Assembly: GCA_014728035.1 (NCBI GenBank)
Contig: WJMJ01000059.1
Coordinates: 256,001-320,000 of the forward strand
Direction: 5' to 3'
Origin: Promethearchaeota archaeon
Lineage (GTDB): Archaea; Asgardarchaeota; Thorarchaeia; Thorarchaeales; Thorarchaeaceae
Length of the DNA: 64,000 bases
Position numbers and translations under genes: made by a program. Under the pieces are notes generated by a model that worked only from the letters and a program-made list of their open reading frames with translations, made no database searches and was not told the DNA's origin. The first letter of the stretch is position 1; each line of letters begins with the position of its first letter. Below, piece after piece: positions 50,392 through 60,751 of this stretch.

Positions 50392-50502
50392 ATGAAACGT
50401 ACTAGATTAGAAAACAAACAGGATTTCCGTACGATTCCTAAGTCATCACGCGACTTTTTGGATGTGTACGGAATTCACTCAACAAGGATTACAAGGAGGT
50501 AG
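50392..50502 (+). other. Structured leader / possible 36-aa uORF ahead of the ArsR gene
   Basis: TATA tttatatt at 50351; long hairpin 50421-50476; ORF MKRTRLE...ITRR whose stop codon overlaps the GGAGGT SD. Confidence 0.4.
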
Positions 50503-50507
50503 TTTTG

Positions 50508-51365
50508 ATGAGTGAGGATAAAACATCAATAGATGAAGTTCGTAAAGAACTGGAAGAGATTAGAAGGCTGAAAGAAACTCTCAAAAAGGAAATTGAAGAA
50601 GTCCGTCTTGAGAAGGAACAACAGACACATCAAGAGGAAACGGATTCTGCACAACTTCATGCTGCGAAAGCAAAAGAACTTGCACGAGCTGCCCGAATAG
50701 AGGCGAAACGTGCAAGAAAGGAAGCAAGAAGAATCGCACGCGAAAAAGGAAGAAAACATGAACGTAGATTACCTCCAATAGTTGATCTTAGTGGGATTAC
50801 TGAAGGACTGGAAGCAATGATGGAGGATATTGGCACACAAATTGATGATGCATTTGGATCCATTGATGAAATTGATGCAAAAATCAAGATGCCAACGTTT
50901 AGAATGAAGACTCACACAAAGCGAGAAAAAGATGAATTTGAGCGAGAAATTGAGCTTATTCCTCCGGAGCAGGTTGCAAAAGTTGTCAGTCCATTAGGAC
51001 ACGAAGAACGTCTACGAATACTGGATTTTCTAAAAGATGGAGGAAAGACTTTCAAAGAGATTGAGGAACACATTGGAAAGACTGGCAGTTCTCTAACTCA
51101 CCATCTTAATCCTCTTCTAGATGCGAAATATCTTGTGAAAGGTGCCGTTCGTGGAACTTACTATGTTACTGTTGAAGGCAGATTGGCTTATCGTTTAGCT
51201 CAATGGTTGACTCATCGCGTTGAAAACCAGCGGCTTGAAAATGGTGACAATAAATCGCAAACTGAATCTGAGCAACCTTCAGATAATGAAGAACCAATTG
51301 ATGAAACGGTTGATATTCAATTTGAAGATGATGACACAGATGACTTTGTGGAGGATGATTGGTAA
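50508..51365 (+). CDS. ArsR-family wHTH regulator with N-terminal coiled coil and acidic tail
   Basis: LGHEERLRIL..L, SSLTHHL..L and Y..T.EG motifs. Confidence 0.85.
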   Translation: MSEDKTSIDEVRKELEEIRRLKETLKKEIEEVRLEKEQQTHQEETDSAQLHAAKAKELARAARIEAKRARKEARRIAREKGRKHERRLPPIVDLSGITEGLEAMMEDIGTQIDDAFGSIDEIDAKIKMPTFRMKTHTKREKDEFEREIELIPPEQVAKVVSPLGHEERLRILDFLKDGGKTFKEIEEHIGKTGSSLTHHLNPLLDAKYLVKGAVRGTYYVTVEGRLAYRLAQWLTHRVENQRLENGDNKSQTESEQPSDNEEPIDETVDIQFEDDDTDDFVEDDW

Positions 51366-52144
51366 TGCGGCTAGAACCAGAAGATATTGTTATGGTGACA
51401 CGAGCTCCAATGACTCTGGTAGATACGGAGAAATCTATTGTTAGACTTGAAAATGGGGCTCTCTGGTGCTATGTTACTGATGGCAGAAATCGAGTTGGTA
51501 TTGCATTTCAGGGTAAATCTAGTTATGCAGTAGATGCGATTGGTGTAACGTCTCGTGGAGCTGTTGGTCAATCCTACTCTGGAACTTTAGAGGGAATTCA
51601 AATATTCTTGGGAAGCACAATTATTGAAGACATATCCAAACCCCCCTTAGATCCCGACTTTCAAGGACACGGATTTGACAGCCCTCATGGATTCGTTCAA
51701 TCTGTTATCAAACGAATAGATACGATACAAGGCGAAAAGGAGTCACATTCACATTGGGATGAATCTGACGAATCTAACATTCTTCTTGGTAATAATGGTG
51801 AACATGATATCATTCTCATCCCGAGAAATGATGGCCTTGTGTATATTCATGGAAAGACCGTCTTTGTTCTGAATGATGAAAAATTGGTTTCTGTTGAAGG
51901 AAAGCGAGTCGTAATATCTGGTGATAGAGGTGAAGAGATTATAATAGATAAGGATGGAATACACGGTCTTGATATCCCCGATGTGGGTCAGATTGTTCAA
52001 ACTGCAATGACTGGTGCAATGCGAGATCTTGGTGTTGGCATGAAAGATCTAGGTAAGTCTATCCGTCATGTCAAGAAAAGCGAAATCTCCCTAAAACCTG
52101 ATTATGACGATGTCGATGATTTAGACTGGGATGACGATGAGTAA
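51365..52144 (+). CDS. Hypothetical beta-rich protein, translationally coupled to the regulator
   Basis: TAATG stop/start overlap; acidic C-terminus DDLDWDDDE. Confidence 0.7.
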   Translation: MRLEPEDIVMVTRAPMTLVDTEKSIVRLENGALWCYVTDGRNRVGIAFQGKSSYAVDAIGVTSRGAVGQSYSGTLEGIQIFLGSTIIEDISKPPLDPDFQGHGFDSPHGFVQSVIKRIDTIQGEKESHSHWDESDESNILLGNNGEHDIILIPRNDGLVYIHGKTVFVLNDEKLVSVEGKRVVISGDRGEEIIIDKDGIHGLDIPDVGQIVQTAMTGAMRDLGVGMKDLGKSIRHVKKSEISLKPDYDDVDDLDWDDDE

Positions 52145-52195
52145 ATCAATATTTTCTTGATTTCTTTCTGCTCCGTTATCATGACGGGGCATCTC

Positions 52196-54004
52196 TTATT
52201 TTGAAATCATTGATTGTTGAGCTCGGGGCCTTATCTGAAGCTCGTATAGTGAGTAGTATTTTCCTTTCTTTTCCATCAGTTTGCGATGAGTTCCCGTTTC
52301 TACTATTTTTCCTTCTTCAAGTACAACGATTCTATCTGCATTTACGATGGTAGAAAGACGATGTGCGATTACAATTGATGTTCGTCCTCGCAGGAGTGTT
52401 TTCATACCTTTCTGGATTGCATGTTCCGTATAAATATCGATTGAACTTGTAGCTTCGTCAAGAACGAGAATGCTTGGGTCTGCTAGAAGAGCTCTAGAAA
52501 AGCTTACAAGCTGACGTTCTCCCTCCGAGAGTCTGCTGCCTCTCTCTCCCACCTCTGTATCAAAACCTTCATCAAGTCCTTCTATAATTCGTCTTGCGCC
52601 AATTAGTTCAGTAGCCTCAATTATTTCCTTGTCTGATGCATCAGGCCTTCCGTATCTTATATTGTCCTTTACTGTTCCCATGAATAGAAATGCGTCTTGT
52701 AAGACCAATCCGATTTTTGAATGGAGTGATTTTTGTTTTACTTCTCTAATATCTATACCATCAATTCTGATTGCCCCTTCTTGAACATCATAGAACCTGT
52801 TAAGAAGACTTACTACCGTTGTCTTTCCTGCACCTGTATCTCCAACTAGAGCTATAGTTTCCCCTTTTTCTATTTCTAGGTCAAAATTCTCAAGAACTAC
52901 TTTTCCCTCTACATAGCTGAAAGTGACATTATCAAATACAATATGGCCTTCGACATCCGGCATCTCTATCGCATCATCTTCATCAGTAATTGACGGCTCT
53001 TCATCTAGTATTAAGAATACACGTTCAGCTCCTGCAAATGCACTTTGAACTGATGTGTAGAAATTAGTGATAATTAGAATCGGTCTAAAGAAACTGGAAC
53101 TATATTGCATGAACATTACAATTGTCCCAATAGTTGTCATTCCCTGGATTAGTAGAAATCCCCCGATCCAAAGAATGAAAAATATTCCCAAACCACCAAT
53201 GAAGCGTACTGTTGGGAAAAAGGCGGATTGTGCCCTTCCAGCATCAATATTTGATTCATAATCTGCCCTATTTACTTCATCAAACCTCTCGATACTAATC
53301 CTCTCTCGAGCGAAACTCTTGGTAACTTTAGCTCCTGAGATGCTTTCAGCCAGATTTGCTGTAACACTTGAAATGGTCTTTCTGGTACTTCTATAGGCTT
53401 CTCTCATCTTTTTTCTAAAGTAGATAGTTGTCAATAGGAGTATTGGAACTACTGTTATTGTTGCTATTGCCATATAGAGGTCAAAAAAGAAGATAGCAAA
53501 TCCAATTGCAAATACGACAAATATTTGTGCGAAAGAGCTTATCAGACCTCCGCTGAGCAATTCGCTCATTCTGTCAATATCATTTGTAATCCGTGAGATA
53601 ACTCTTCCACTTGATGATTGATCGTAGAAATCTTGAGAGAGGCACTGAAGTTGTTCGTATAATTCTTGCCGAAGCTCGTATACTGCTTTCTGTCCCATTA
53701 GTGCCATTGCATATTCATTACCATAGCTAGTAAGCCATGCAGCAATCTGTAAGAAGATGTAAATCCCTGCTGTAAAAACAAGACCATCTATATTTCCGGT
53801 CAAAAATTCATCATCTATAGCATATTTCAATACAATTGGAGAGTAAACAGTTATTGCAATACCTACTGTAACTAAACCACACACCATTAAAAAGAGCCTT
53901 TTGTATGCAAATAGGTAGTTTACCATTCTTTTGAGCAATGTTCCATCGGAATATACATAGCTGCGTTCTTCTGGATTGTCTTGGGCATTTATTCCCCTAC
54001 TCAT
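52196..54004 (-). CDS. ABC exporter TMD-NBD half-transporter (subunit B)
   Basis: 6 TM helices; GDTGAGKT, LSEGERQ, LDEATS and IAHR motifs. Confidence 0.95.
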   Translation of the reverse strand: MSRGINAQDNPEERSYVYSDGTLLKRMVNYLFAYKRLFLMVCGLVTVGIAITVYSPIVLKYAIDDEFLTGNIDGLVFTAGIYIFLQIAAWLTSYGNEYAMALMGQKAVYELRQELYEQLQCLSQDFYDQSSSGRVISRITNDIDRMSELLSGGLISSFAQIFVVFAIGFAIFFFDLYMAIATITVVPILLLTTIYFRKKMREAYRSTRKTISSVTANLAESISGAKVTKSFARERISIERFDEVNRADYESNIDAGRAQSAFFPTVRFIGGLGIFFILWIGGFLLIQGMTTIGTIVMFMQYSSSFFRPILIITNFYTSVQSAFAGAERVFLILDEEPSITDEDDAIEMPDVEGHIVFDNVTFSYVEGKVVLENFDLEIEKGETIALVGDTGAGKTTVVSLLNRFYDVQEGAIRIDGIDIREVKQKSLHSKIGLVLQDAFLFMGTVKDNIRYGRPDASDKEIIEATELIGARRIIEGLDEGFDTEVGERGSRLSEGERQLVSFSRALLADPSILVLDEATSSIDIYTEHAIQKGMKTLLRGRTSIVIAHRLSTIVNADRIVVLEEGKIVETGTHRKLMEKKGKYYSLYELQIRPRAQQSMISK

Positions 54005-55913
54005 GAGTGCTACCCCCTTCTGTAGACAATGTTGGTGTGTCAGCTGCTAACTCCATTTCTCTCAAGGTTGATGCAATTCCCGCATAGTACCCATCTTGTT
54101 CAATTAATTCTTCATGAGATCCAATCTCTACAATTCTACCCTTCTCCATCATGACTATCAAGTCTGCATTTCGAATTGTGCTTAGACGATGAGTTATAAT
54201 GAACGTGGTTCTTCCAATCATTAGCTTTTCCAAAGCTTGCTGTATTAGAGCTTCAGTTTTGGCATCAACAGAACTAGTCGAGTCATCCAGAATCAAAATT
54301 TTCGGATCTGCTACAAGGGCTCGAGCAATTGCAATTCTTTGTTTTTGACCCCCACTCAATGTGACACCTCTTTCCCCAATTGTTGAGTCGTATCCTTCAT
54401 CAAGACTAGATATGAAGTCATGAATGTTTGCTGACTTTGCAGCCGACTCTATTTCTTCAAATGGACAATTTGGTTTTGCAAAAGCAATATTTTCTCCAAT
54501 CGTGGCTGAGAATAAGAAGGGATCCTGATGTACCATTCCAATATTCATTCTCAAATCTTCTAAACGATAATTTCTAACATCTTCTCCATCAATACGAACA
54601 TGACCTGGTTCTCGAATCTGGTATGCTTTTCCCTCAATGACAATAGCTCCATGCTGTTCCTTGTGTTTTTCCCCATCAACTTCCACTGTATTATCTTCTT
54701 GAATATGGTATATTTTATCATCGATTTCAACAGTAGGTCTATCATCCACATCATAGAATCTGGGAATCAAATTCATAAGACTCGTTTTTCCTGAACCGGT
54801 TCCTCCTAGCAGTGCTACAACCTGTCCTGGCCTAGCAGTAAAATGAATATCTTTGAGGATGAACTTATCATCATGATAACTGAAGTAGACATGTTCAAAG
54901 TCCACTTTGCCCTTGAATCTATCAATCTCAATTGGTTCTTCTGGATTCAATAATTCATCACGGTGGTCTAAGATGTAAAATGTTCTCTCACCGGCTGCAT
55001 CAGCTCTCTGATACATTCCAACACCCCAACTGAGGAATCTTGCAGGAAGTATGAGCATTCCTACAAGTGTAATATATCCTGTAAATACTCCGTAGCTCAT
55101 GGACCCCATTAAGAATTGAAGCCCCCCATAATATATGATGAAGCCTGTGGCAATTCCAAAAACGGTTGGCAGTAAGGGTCGATAGAATGAAAGAAGTCTA
55201 AGCGCTTCAGTTCTTTCTTCGAGAAATCTATAATTCTCTTTTTCGACTCGTTCAAATTCTCGCTCTGAAGCAGCATACGACTTTACAACTTTCATGCCTA
55301 CAATATTTTCTGCTAGAACCGAACTAAGTGTGCCATATTGTTCTCTAGCTGAATAGAATACTGGTCTAACTTTTTTGGCGAATACGTAAATGAATGCACC
55401 CGCAAATGGAATAAGTGCAAGAAGATACAAGGTCAGATCCAAATTTAACCATAGCATAACTATGTATGTTCCAATCATTTGAGCCAAACCAATCAGTATT
55501 ACTCTATATCCCCAGAAGAGAAACTCTCTCATTGTTGTCACGTCAGTAGTTACTCTTGCTAGTAGTTGTCCTGTTTCATTCTGGTCGTAAAACGATAGGT
55601 CTTTCTCCATCAGAGAATCGTAAAGTTCCCCTCTAAGGTCGTAGATTACTTTCTGTGCCGTAATAGCTGCTCCGTATCTTCCACCTATATCAAATAAAGC
55701 ATATAGTAGTGTGAGAGCTAGATATGTTAGTGCAAGTTGAATTACGATATTGTAGTTTCCGGAGGGTATAGCCGTATCGATAATTTCTACTATCACTAAT
55801 GGGGTTAGCAGATTGAAAACCGTACCTATTACTGCCGATGTCAAAAACCCAAAAAATAGTGGCTTATGCTTTAATGCATAATTTGTAAGACGAGATACGT
55901 ACCCCATTTTCAA
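53997..55913 (-). CDS. ABC exporter TMD-NBD half-transporter (subunit A, degenerate Walker B)
   Basis: 6 TM helices; GGTGSGKT, LSGGQKQR and LDDSTS motifs; 45-aa insertion in the NBD. Confidence 0.95.
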   Translation of the reverse strand: MKMGYVSRLTNYALKHKPLFFGFLTSAVIGTVFNLLTPLVIVEIIDTAIPSGNYNIVIQLALTYLALTLLYALFDIGGRYGAAITAQKVIYDLRGELYDSLMEKDLSFYDQNETGQLLARVTTDVTTMREFLFWGYRVILIGLAQMIGTYIVMLWLNLDLTLYLLALIPFAGAFIYVFAKKVRPVFYSAREQYGTLSSVLAENIVGMKVVKSYAASEREFERVEKENYRFLEERTEALRLLSFYRPLLPTVFGIATGFIIYYGGLQFLMGSMSYGVFTGYITLVGMLILPARFLSWGVGMYQRADAAGERTFYILDHRDELLNPEEPIEIDRFKGKVDFEHVYFSYHDDKFILKDIHFTARPGQVVALLGGTGSGKTSLMNLIPRFYDVDDRPTVEIDDKIYHIQEDNTVEVDGEKHKEQHGAIVIEGKAYQIREPGHVRIDGEDVRNYRLEDLRMNIGMVHQDPFLFSATIGENIAFAKPNCPFEEIESAAKSANIHDFISSLDEGYDSTIGERGVTLSGGQKQRIAIARALVADPKILILDDSTSSVDAKTEALIQQALEKLMIGRTTFIITHRLSTIRNADLIVMMEKGRIVEIGSHEELIEQDGYYAGIASTLREMELAADTPTLSTEGGSTHE

Positions 55914-55985
55914 AGTCCCACCTTTTGGTGCTCCTGGCTTGATGATAAGGATTGTGTAGTATACACAGTATTTTCGTTTTATGGT

Positions 55986-56405
55986 TTATTCGACACACAA
56001 ATCTGAGAGAGTTCCACCGATTTTATTACATTTTTTGAGGTCAATTTCACTGGGTTGATCTTTGACCTTCAATGGTGTTTCAATTGCTGGAATACCCCCT
56101 CGCTCCTTTAATGCATCCATTATCATGTCTGGCGCCTCACCACTCCATCCATATGAACCAAATGCGAATACTGCCAATCCATTCCTAAGCTCTATTTCAC
56201 TTAGCAAATTTCTGACCTTCGGTAAAGGTCTTTTCATTCTTGTTGAGCTTCCAACCGCTAAAACGCACACGTTCTCAAGCCCTGCAAAATTTTCAGCTGG
56301 CAAGACCGTGCAATTCTTTCCCTTATCTATTACTCCTTCGCAGATAGCTTCTGCCATAGCTTTTGTTCGCCCTCTCGTGCTTTCGTAGATGACAAGAACC
56401 TTCAT
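55986..56405 (-). CDS. Flavodoxin-like protein
   Basis: VIYESTRGRT..MA and AFGSYGWSGEA motifs. Confidence 0.88.
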   Translation of the reverse strand: MKVLVIYESTRGRTKAMAEAICEGVIDKGKNCTVLPAENFAGLENVCVLAVGSSTRMKRPLPKVRNLLSEIELRNGLAVFAFGSYGWSGEAPDMIMDALKERGGIPAIETPLKVKDQPSEIDLKKCNKIGGTLSDLCVE

Positions 56406-56567
56406 GAAAATCAAAGTAGTCAAGCATTTTCTACTCAAAAGCTTTCTGAAACCGATACGCATAGACAAATTTGTTCATTTTGTGTGATTGATAGGAGAAT
56501 TATAATATGTGTAAATGCTGTTAGAAACATACTAGGTTTCAAAACTATTCATTGAGGTATCAGAGCA

Positions 56568-57251
56568 ATGGAACTTTCCTCGCAGGTTGTATCAGACATC
56601 AAACGAAAGGCAAGTAAAATATGTGATTTGCTCATTGCAAACTATGGTGAAACTGTTTCTTCTAAGCAAAGACCTCCCCTTGATGAATTGGTTTATACAA
56701 TTCTTAGCCAAAATACAACTGATGAGAATGCTGAAATCGCCTATCAAAACCTATTGGTTGAATTTCCGACGTGGGAACAAGTCATTGAAGCACCAGTAAA
56801 GACTATACAGAATCTTATTTTTCCATCCGGTTTTTACAAGGTAAAAACAAAACGAATTAAACGTACGTTGAAAGAGATAAAGAAACGAGTGGGAAAATTA
56901 GACCTAGATCTTCTTCAAGAAATGGAAATCGAAGATGCAAAAGAATGGCTAACTTCTTTACATGGGGTAGGACAAAAAACCGCTGCAATTGTCCTATTGT
57001 TCTGTTTTAGAAAACCTGTAGTTCCTGTTGACACGCATGTATATCGAGTTACTAAACGACTTGGTGTTGTACCTGATGATTATTCCAATGATAGCGCTCA
57101 GATATTTCTTGAAGCGATTTTACCACGCTATTGTATATTCTCTCTCAACCATAATCTTGTGACCCATGGACGACAAATCTGCAAATCCAGAACTCCTTTG
57201 TGTGAGGAATGTTTTCTGAACCATCTTTGTGAATACTATTTATCTCAATAA
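56568..57251 (+). CDS. nth: Endonuclease III (HhH-GPD glycosylase with [4Fe-4S] cluster)
   Basis: ILSQNTTD, L.GVG.KTA, PVDTHV.R and C......C..C.....C motifs. Confidence 0.92.
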   Translation: MELSSQVVSDIKRKASKICDLLIANYGETVSSKQRPPLDELVYTILSQNTTDENAEIAYQNLLVEFPTWEQVIEAPVKTIQNLIFPSGFYKVKTKRIKRTLKEIKKRVGKLDLDLLQEMEIEDAKEWLTSLHGVGQKTAAIVLLFCFRKPVVPVDTHVYRVTKRLGVVPDDYSNDSAQIFLEAILPRYCIFSLNHNLVTHGRQICKSRTPLCEECFLNHLCEYYLSQ

Positions 57252-57349
57252 TCATTAGACCTTTTTTGTCCCTAGCAACATATTCAATAGTCAGAGTAGA
57301 CCTCCTTCATTTGTTCAAGTCACAACCTATACAAACATAGCAATTTGGA

Positions 57350-58747
57350 GTGTCGCTTGTGGAATTATTACTAGAAATTACCCCTTTACTCATCATTGGA
57401 GTTTCTCTTGTTCTTGCATTTGTCGGTGCAGAGGTTATGAAAAGAGCAGGCATCCCTCAGATTCTGGGATTCATGATTGCAGGATTAATACTTGGAATGA
57501 CTGGTTTCTTTAATGACGAGATTAGGAATTCTTTATTTCCATTAGTTGAGCTAGCACTAGGACTTATTGGATATAACATAGGGCTTGAAATCAGGAAAGA
57601 AGTCTTCAAAGGTCAAGTTCGAAAGATGTCTTTAATTCTAATAATGGAATCGATACTCACCTTTGTATTGGTTTCAGTGCTTGCATATATAATTCTAGAA
57701 TTTTTCGGTATTGCTGCTGGATGGGGAATAAATCCTTGGTTTATCGCTATTGTGTTTGGAGCTTTAGCTAGCGCAACTGACCCAGCTTCCACTGTTATGG
57801 TAATTTGGGAGCGGCATTGTAAAGGCAATCTAACTGATACTTTGATGTTTGTACTTGCACTGGACGACGTAATAGCTATTCTTCTTGCAAACATAACCAT
57901 TGCAGTTGCCATATCTGCTTTTTCCACTGCTGGAACAATCGCACTCTCAGAAACTTTGTTTCATACACTAGTTGAAGTTGTTGGGTCGAGTGCACTTGGT
58001 GCAATAGTTGGTGCAAGTCTAGTCTATTTCATTAATCGAGAAGATGACAGACGTGCTTTGCTTGAGTTTGAGCTTGGAATGATTATTCTACTTGTAGGAG
58101 TTACTGCAGTACTGGGTCTCAGTTCCATATTATCCTGTATGGTATTTGGATTCATTGTTGGAAATTACGTAGAACAATCAAAAGACCCAGTTAGTCATAC
58201 ACTGAAGACTGTAATGAGTCCCGTAGTAATGATCTTTTTTGTTATTGTGGGCGCCTCAATTGATTTAGCCCAGATTGCAGGCATTGCTGCAATCATTTTA
58301 GCAGTAGTATATGTTGCTGGAAGAAGCTTTGCAAAATACTTTGGTTCGTATGTTGGTTCCACGTTAGCCAAGATGCCAAAACTAACAACCAGATATATTG
58401 GCTTTTGTTTGATGTCACAAGCTGGTGTTGCCGTTGGATTGTCACTTGTCATAGAAGAGGCATTTCTAGGAATTGGTACTCCCGAGGCCCAAGCTGCTGG
58501 AGTCTTGATTCTAAATATTGTAGCCCTTACTACAATGATTCTCCAGGTATTTGGTCCTATTTCTGCCAGTGAAGGCTTACGAAAAGCCGGAGAGTATCCT
58601 GAATTTCTCGAACCTGGCTATACTGAGATGTTCGAGTTTTATCGACGATGTATTGACTGTCCAATGGGCAATACCTCGGACCATGATTTTCTTGGTGAGC
58701 CCACCGAGGAACGAATTGAGGATATGCCAGAGGATTACAGAACCTGA
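57350..58747 (+). CDS. Cation:proton antiporter (CPA2)
   Basis: IP.ILG...AG, ATDPA, ALDD, FFV..GA and QAGVA.GL motifs. Confidence 0.92.
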   Translation: MSLVELLLEITPLLIIGVSLVLAFVGAEVMKRAGIPQILGFMIAGLILGMTGFFNDEIRNSLFPLVELALGLIGYNIGLEIRKEVFKGQVRKMSLILIMESILTFVLVSVLAYIILEFFGIAAGWGINPWFIAIVFGALASATDPASTVMVIWERHCKGNLTDTLMFVLALDDVIAILLANITIAVAISAFSTAGTIALSETLFHTLVEVVGSSALGAIVGASLVYFINREDDRRALLEFELGMIILLVGVTAVLGLSSILSCMVFGFIVGNYVEQSKDPVSHTLKTVMSPVVMIFFVIVGASIDLAQIAGIAAIILAVVYVAGRSFAKYFGSYVGSTLAKMPKLTTRYIGFCLMSQAGVAVGLSLVIEEAFLGIGTPEAQAAGVLILNIVALTTMILQVFGPISASEGLRKAGEYPEFLEPGYTEMFEFYRRCIDCPMGNTSDHDFLGEPTEERIEDMPEDYRT

Positions 58748-58788
58748 CCAATAGAGTCATGAATCAATATACTATATGCTTGGAGTAG

Positions 58789-59091
58789 TTGATAATCATG
58801 GCTGAATCGGAATGTATTCGTGAGACACCGTGGAGTGTCAAGATTAGGGTCATTAAACAAAAAGGTAGTTGTGTTGTCGGACATGAAGTAGATGATGAAA
58901 TCTTCATTACTGATTCTGGAGTAGAAGGAAAAATTTGTATCAGTTTACTCTACTCAGTATTGCCCAAAGTATATGCTATGATGTATAATGCACGATTTCC
59001 TTGGTTACAAAACCAGTGCAAAGCAACTCATGCTTGTCCTGATGCACATAATCCTCTTGTTGTAGAGTTAACTAGAATTGATTCAGACTAG
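58789..59091 (+). CDS. TIGR04076 family Cys-rich protein
   Basis: V....GSC..GH.V.D, IC, FPW and CPD..NP....L.R motifs. Confidence 0.85.
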   Translation: MIIMAESECIRETPWSVKIRVIKQKGSCVVGHEVDDEIFITDSGVEGKICISLLYSVLPKVYAMMYNARFPWLQNQCKATHACPDAHNPLVVELTRIDSD

Positions 59092-59439
59092 TTCTTCTTC
59101 AGCATCCTCTTGAGGTTGTTGTTCTCTAAGCTCAGGGAATGCGGACTCGAGGTCTCGAAGCACCGCTTCTGATAAATCTCTATTTGACATAACTGCTAGA
59201 TTTCGTCCATACCATCCACAATCTAGGCAATAATATGCGGGTTGAAATGATCCAATATAACCCAAGTCATGATAAGAAGTCAAGTCCACAATTCTGGCAC
59301 TTTTGCAATTTGGGCAGACTGGAAAATCCGCAGAGATGCCTTTTCTCTTTAATCTATCAAGCGCTTCTCTCACAGCTCGAAGTCTTCTTAGCTCGATTAA
59401 TTCTCTTTTAGAGAGTATGCCACCAGTGAATTGTGTCAT
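59083..59439 (-). CDS. Zn-ribbon protein
   Basis: CPNCKS ... YYCLDCGWYG. Confidence 0.8.
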   Translation of the reverse strand: MTQFTGGILSKRELIELRRLRAVREALDRLKRKGISADFPVCPNCKSARIVDLTSYHDLGYIGSFQPAYYCLDCGWYGRNLAVMSNRDLSEAVLRDLESAFPELREQQPQEDAEEELV

Positions 59440-59500
59440 TTGAATCAATACCTTCTGAAACAAATTTGAATAAACAACTTAGCTTATTCTATTTATTGTA

Positions 59501-59947
59501 CTAGGAAGCACTAGGCATGATCTGAACCATAAACGCAATAATTCCCAACAGATAGGCAATTAACCATAATATCAAAGTACTAATCATTAGTGGTCTTGTT
59601 CTCTTCAACAATTTCAATGGCATATCCTTTCTAGTTAGAAAAATTATTGAGAGAATTATCCCAAATGTTACGGCCAGTATGCCCACCAAATCATGGACAA
59701 TTTGATACCCGTTAGCTACTAAATCCATAAACGCTCCTTCTGCAGCAAGTGTGGCTGCTCTTGGAATCATCCAAGCTCCAACAGTAATTGAGTGGATTAG
59801 TACTACTGAATAGACCGCTTTGTGGTGTAAATCAAAATGCATCCGTCTAGCACCAAAGTACCACCCTATTGTTATTATCACAAATAGAATTGATTCAACT
59901 ATCATAATGATTGTAGCAATTTCTAGACTTTGACTCATTATTTGCAC
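59501..59947 (-). CDS. Four-TM DUF420/cytochrome b-like membrane protein
   Basis: TM helices carrying His residues (LHH, IHS, VHD). Confidence 0.6.
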   Translation of the reverse strand: MQIMSQSLEIATIIMIVESILFVIITIGWYFGARRMHFDLHHKAVYSVVLIHSITVGAWMIPRAATLAAEGAFMDLVANGYQIVHDLVGILAVTFGIILSIIFLTRKDMPLKLLKRTRPLMISTLILWLIAYLLGIIAFMVQIMPSAS

Positions 59948-60684
59948 TATTTTTCCTCCTTGATTGCAATATCACTGACACTGCCTGTTGTAGTAAATAG
60001 ACTTGACGAGAGCAACGCTTCCCTTCCTTGATGTGCTGTGACAATGGCAGATGCAATCATTCCCCATGGACAAAATCGCACATCCAGATTTCGATATGCT
60101 TCTGAGTCATGAATTCTAGCAAAGGCGCATCGGTTTGCAGCAATAGTGACTTTGTTTTTGTCATATTTCACTCTTGCATATCCAACAAAATCGTGCTCCT
60201 TTATGAAATCCACATAAGCCTCTAATTTTTCTTTTAGCGGCGCTGTTGGATTTAACATACGTTCTGGAAGGTATGCAGAGAGAATATCTGACATTCTCAT
60301 AAATACATAGTTTTTGATTGCTGCTTCTCCAAGAATCTCGATGAAGACACTCTCGTAACCAAATATAGCTGCTCGTAATTTCCAGATGTCCTCCATAGTC
60401 AGGTCTTGTACTGACCCTTTATCAAACGCCTGATCCACTTTCTTCTTGAAATTCTCCATGAACTTCTTGAGTTCCGAACTCAGTGTATCTGAATCAGTTT
60501 CCTCTGAGAATGCCTCCGGTAGAAACTCCTTTACATAGTAGACCATTCTTGGAAGTACGTGATCCTCAAGGACGTCTGGCCCTATAAGCTCTGTACCCAC
60601 AGCTTCGTAAGCGTCTAGAATGCCTTTGTACAGAAAAACTGCTTCCATTGCAGCATTTTCAGGCTCGCTTTGTTGTGATTGCAT
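59947..60684 (-). CDS. V4R/H-NOX/Bet3-fold-like protein with duplicated helical N-terminal domain
   Basis: C-terminal ANRCAFA.IH...FCPWG; internal repeat YE.V..E..G.......V..RM......LPE. Confidence 0.6.
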   Translation of the reverse strand: MQSQQSEPENAAMEAVFLYKGILDAYEAVGTELIGPDVLEDHVLPRMVYYVKEFLPEAFSEETDSDTLSSELKKFMENFKKKVDQAFDKGSVQDLTMEDIWKLRAAIFGYESVFIEILGEAAIKNYVFMRMSDILSAYLPERMLNPTAPLKEKLEAYVDFIKEHDFVGYARVKYDKNKVTIAANRCAFARIHDSEAYRNLDVRFCPWGMIASAIVTAHQGREALLSSSLFTTTGSVSDIAIKEEK

Positions 60685-60751
60685 CTTTACCCCATCTCAA
60701 CTTAGGCAACTTATCACACATAGATGCGGCCACTAAAATGTCTACCTCTTT

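Noticed and set aside
54607-54746. ABC insertion as an intein or intron
   Set aside because: Too short for an intein, no N-terminal Cys/Ser or His-Asn end, in frame and self-repetitive.
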